Source of the DNA: Bacillus phage vB_BpuM-BpSp
Sequence record: KT895374.1
Strand: one strand, 5' to 3'
DNA: 40,000 nucleotides
Part shown: positions 37,690-40,000 of the stretch, one piece after another
Numbering within the stretch: position 1 is the stretch's first letter
How the letters are laid out: the number at the start of each line of letters is the position of its first letter
Translations under genes and position numbers: made by a program
The notes under the pieces: generated by a model
The model's input: the letters and a program-made list of their open reading frames with translations, nothing else
What the model was told of the DNA's origin: nothing
Database searches by the model: none

Positions 37690-40000
37690 TTAAATATAAT
37701 TAATTGTTATAGCATAATCAAATGACTGTTCGATGATATATTCTTCATTTTCAAAATAAGAAAGATTTTTTCGAATATTTAAATATTCTGGCACATAATT
37801 AATAATCTCTTTCTTTGTCATATCCTCAAATGAACTATATTTATTTTCAATTTTTTGCATATTTTTATTATTCACTGAATTTAATTCAATAAACCTAATA
37901 ATCTCAAAATTTTCTTCTAGTCTTCTAAATAAGTTTGAAACAGGGAATACATTTTCTTTATTACAACTTTCAATAAAATCAGAAATATATTTTTTAATAG
38001 CCTTATCATCATCTGAACTAATAGCATTATTAACATAGATATTTAAATTCAGATCCAAATCTATTCTATCGATATTATTGAATTTATAACTATTAGTAGT
38101 GTTAATGTATTCTTTATTCCCATAATAGTTCATAGATTTACCATGAGTATTGTAAAATTTAATATCAATATCTGTATTATTTTCTAATTTATCAATATTA
38201 GCACGAATACTACTACTAAACCCCTCAATAATTTCGTATATTGATTTATAGTTAGCTTGGAAATAAATATATTCAATTAAAGGTACTGACTTTAAAGTAA
38301 AACCATTCTCATTAGGGAATACATTGCTCTCTATAACATTAGAAAGATTTTCAAAGAGGCTAATCGGTCTAGATGTAGATAGCATACTAACGGTAGCAAA
38401 TTCCTCCATATCAGGCATGTTAATAGAATCATTTACCCTTTCCTTACTAAATTGATTTTTATACATAATATATAAATCAATATCAACATCACTATCAATA
38501 AGAGCATTCTTCACTGATGTAAATCCATTGTTATCTTTAATTGGTACTGATGAAATAGAATATAGACTATTATAAATATTCATTTTATTATTTGTAATAG
38601 AATTAAATTTCTCAGTAGCTAAATAACCTTCATACAACATATCAGAATCTTCTAACTTATTTAAATCAAAATATCCATATTTTTCACCATTTTTAGATTT
38701 TAAAACTGCACGGATTTTTACGTTAGAATCAAAATCTTCTTCAATAACATTTGTATTTAAACTAACTTGAAATTTATAAGTTTCATTATAAACATTATCT
38801 CGATTAACATTGAATGATGAAATATTAAATTGATAAGGTATTGATGGATTGATATATTTATAATTAATCTCTATATCTTCATCTTTATAAGTTTTATAGT
38901 AATAAGAAGATAGATAAGGATTTCTTTCAATCTTAATTAGATAAGGAATTGAATATACTAAATAATTTTCATTATTTAAATATTCTTTAGCTTCTAGTTT
39001 ATGAAATGCAACAAAATAATTATTATTTTTAATATCATATATAATAGAAGAATTTTCATTAATAGTATAATTATTATTTTCTAATTCTTCTTTAGTAATC
39101 TTTAATTCGGGTATTGTTTTTGAAGGAATAACTTTATTATTTACATCTTTTAAAAGAATATAAGCATTAAAGAGTCTTTTTATAACATCATTTTGCTTTT
39201 TAATGAACTTAATACTACTATCATTGATCTTTTCTTTTTCATCAATATCATTGAAGAATAAATTTAAATCTGATTCAGTAATTAAATTATCTCGATAAAG
39301 ATAATTTTGAATTAATTTATTTTTAATTTCTTTTGGTTCTGGTTTATCTTTACCTCCAGAAGCGTCAGTAATAGGAGTTACCAAAACTGGAATTTTAGTC
39401 ATTTCACTAGATTCTATATAACTTGTTGTGATATTACCCTCATATTTAAAATTTCCTTCATTACCTAACGTGGTATAAATTTCAATTTCTAATGTAGAAT
39501 TTATTCTAGGTCTAAAACTATTAGGTAAAGCTGAAAATGAAATTTCAATTTTATTATTATCAGTATATGAGTAATAATAAAATTTTTCCTCATCATCAGG
39601 ATTAAAGGTATTATTGAAATATTTCTTAAGTAATACTTTTTCTCCTTCATAATTATAATAGATATTAAAAAATGAAAGCTGACCTGTATAGTCTAAATTA
39701 TAAAATAAATTTTCAGAAATATCCTCATTAGTAATAGTTAATGTAGTATCCTTTTTTTCCATTTGAAAAATATCTAGACTAAGAAATATATAACGTACTC
39801 CACCAACACTTGCTTCCCATAATTTAATATAAGGACTTTTAATATTAAAAAATGGAAAATCGCCAGATTCTGTCATATATCTTGCTACAACACTATATTC
39901 TCGGTTAACACTATTAGGTTTGAATAACATCTGTACAGGATAAGGTAATCTAAATTCATAATCACCAAGATTAAATACATAATTATCTTCAATTATAAAT
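37690..40000 (-). CDS. Virion structural (baseplate/tail-like) protein, truncated by window edge
   Basis: The frame remains open upstream of the tracked Met at 39930 (FIIEDNYVFNLGDYEFRLPYPVQMLFKPN...) to the window end. Confidence 0.65.
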   Translation of the reverse strand, partial: FIIEDNYVFNLGDYEFRLPYPVQMLFKPNSVNREYSVVARYMTESGDFPFFNIKSPYIKLWEASVGGVRYIFLSLDIFQMEKKDTTLTITNEDISENLFYNLDYTGQLSFFNIYYNYEGEKVLLKKYFNNTFNPDDEEKFYYYSYTDNNKIEISFSALPNSFRPRINSTLEIEIYTTLGNEGNFKYEGNITTSYIESSEMTKIPVLVTPITDASGGKDKPEPKEIKNKLIQNYLYRDNLITESDLNLFFNDIDEKEKINDSSIKFIKKQNDVIKRLFNAYILLKDVNNKVIPSKTIPELKITKEELENNNYTINENSSIIYDIKNNNYFVAFHKLEAKEYLNNENYLVYSIPYLIKIERNPYLSSYYYKTYKDEDIEINYKYINPSIPYQFNISSFNVNRDNVYNETYKFQVSLNTNVIEEDFDSNVKIRAVLKSKNGEKYGYFDLNKLEDSDMLYEGYLATEKFNSITNNKMNIYNSLYSISSVPIKDNNGFTSVKNALIDSDVDIDLYIMYKNQFSKERVNDSINMPDMEEFATVSMLSTSRPISLFENLSNVIESNVFPNENGFTLKSVPLIEYIYFQANYKSIYEIIEGFSSSIRANIDKLENNTDIDIKFYNTHGKSMNYYGNKEYINTTNSYKFNNIDRIDLDLNLNIYVNNAISSDDDKAIKKYISDFIESCNKENVFPVSNLFRRLEENFEIIRFIELNSVNNKNMQKIENKYSSFEDMTKKEIINYVPEYLNIRKNLSYFENEEYIIEQSFDYAITINYI

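Noticed and set aside
1-40000. Search for tRNA or rRNA genes
   Set aside because: No recognisable tRNA cloverleaf (GTTCRA T-loop with CCA-type acceptor) or rRNA sequence noticed by eye; the GTTCAAC matches at 15-17.6 kb belong to intron cores. tRNAscan-SE would be needed to be certain.

Overview
The window is AT-rich and looks like part of a large (jumbo) tailed-phage genome, probably infecting a Gram-positive host. It carries a very large tape-measure/tail-hydrolase protein, several virion-structural ORFs, a GH25+LysM endolysin, a RusA-like resolvase, a MazG-like protein and an operon of about ten diverged tandem paralogues. The main finding is at 13440-20918 on the minus strand. The ORF track shows disconnected ORFs there, but I could reassemble one split gene for a multisubunit RNA polymerase beta-subunit-like protein (about 1408 aa) in six exons, including a 33-nt microexon, separated by five group I introns of the T4 td-like type. 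All exon phases are consistent, and each proposed intron starts after a U and ends in ...TAATG. The three small introns each come out at exactly 297 nt. The two large introns carry ORFs on the strand opposite to the host gene, located in peripheral loops of the ribozyme; none looks like a homing endonuclease I recognise. The intron model comes from reading the sequence by eye and needs covariance-model and RT-PCR confirmation.
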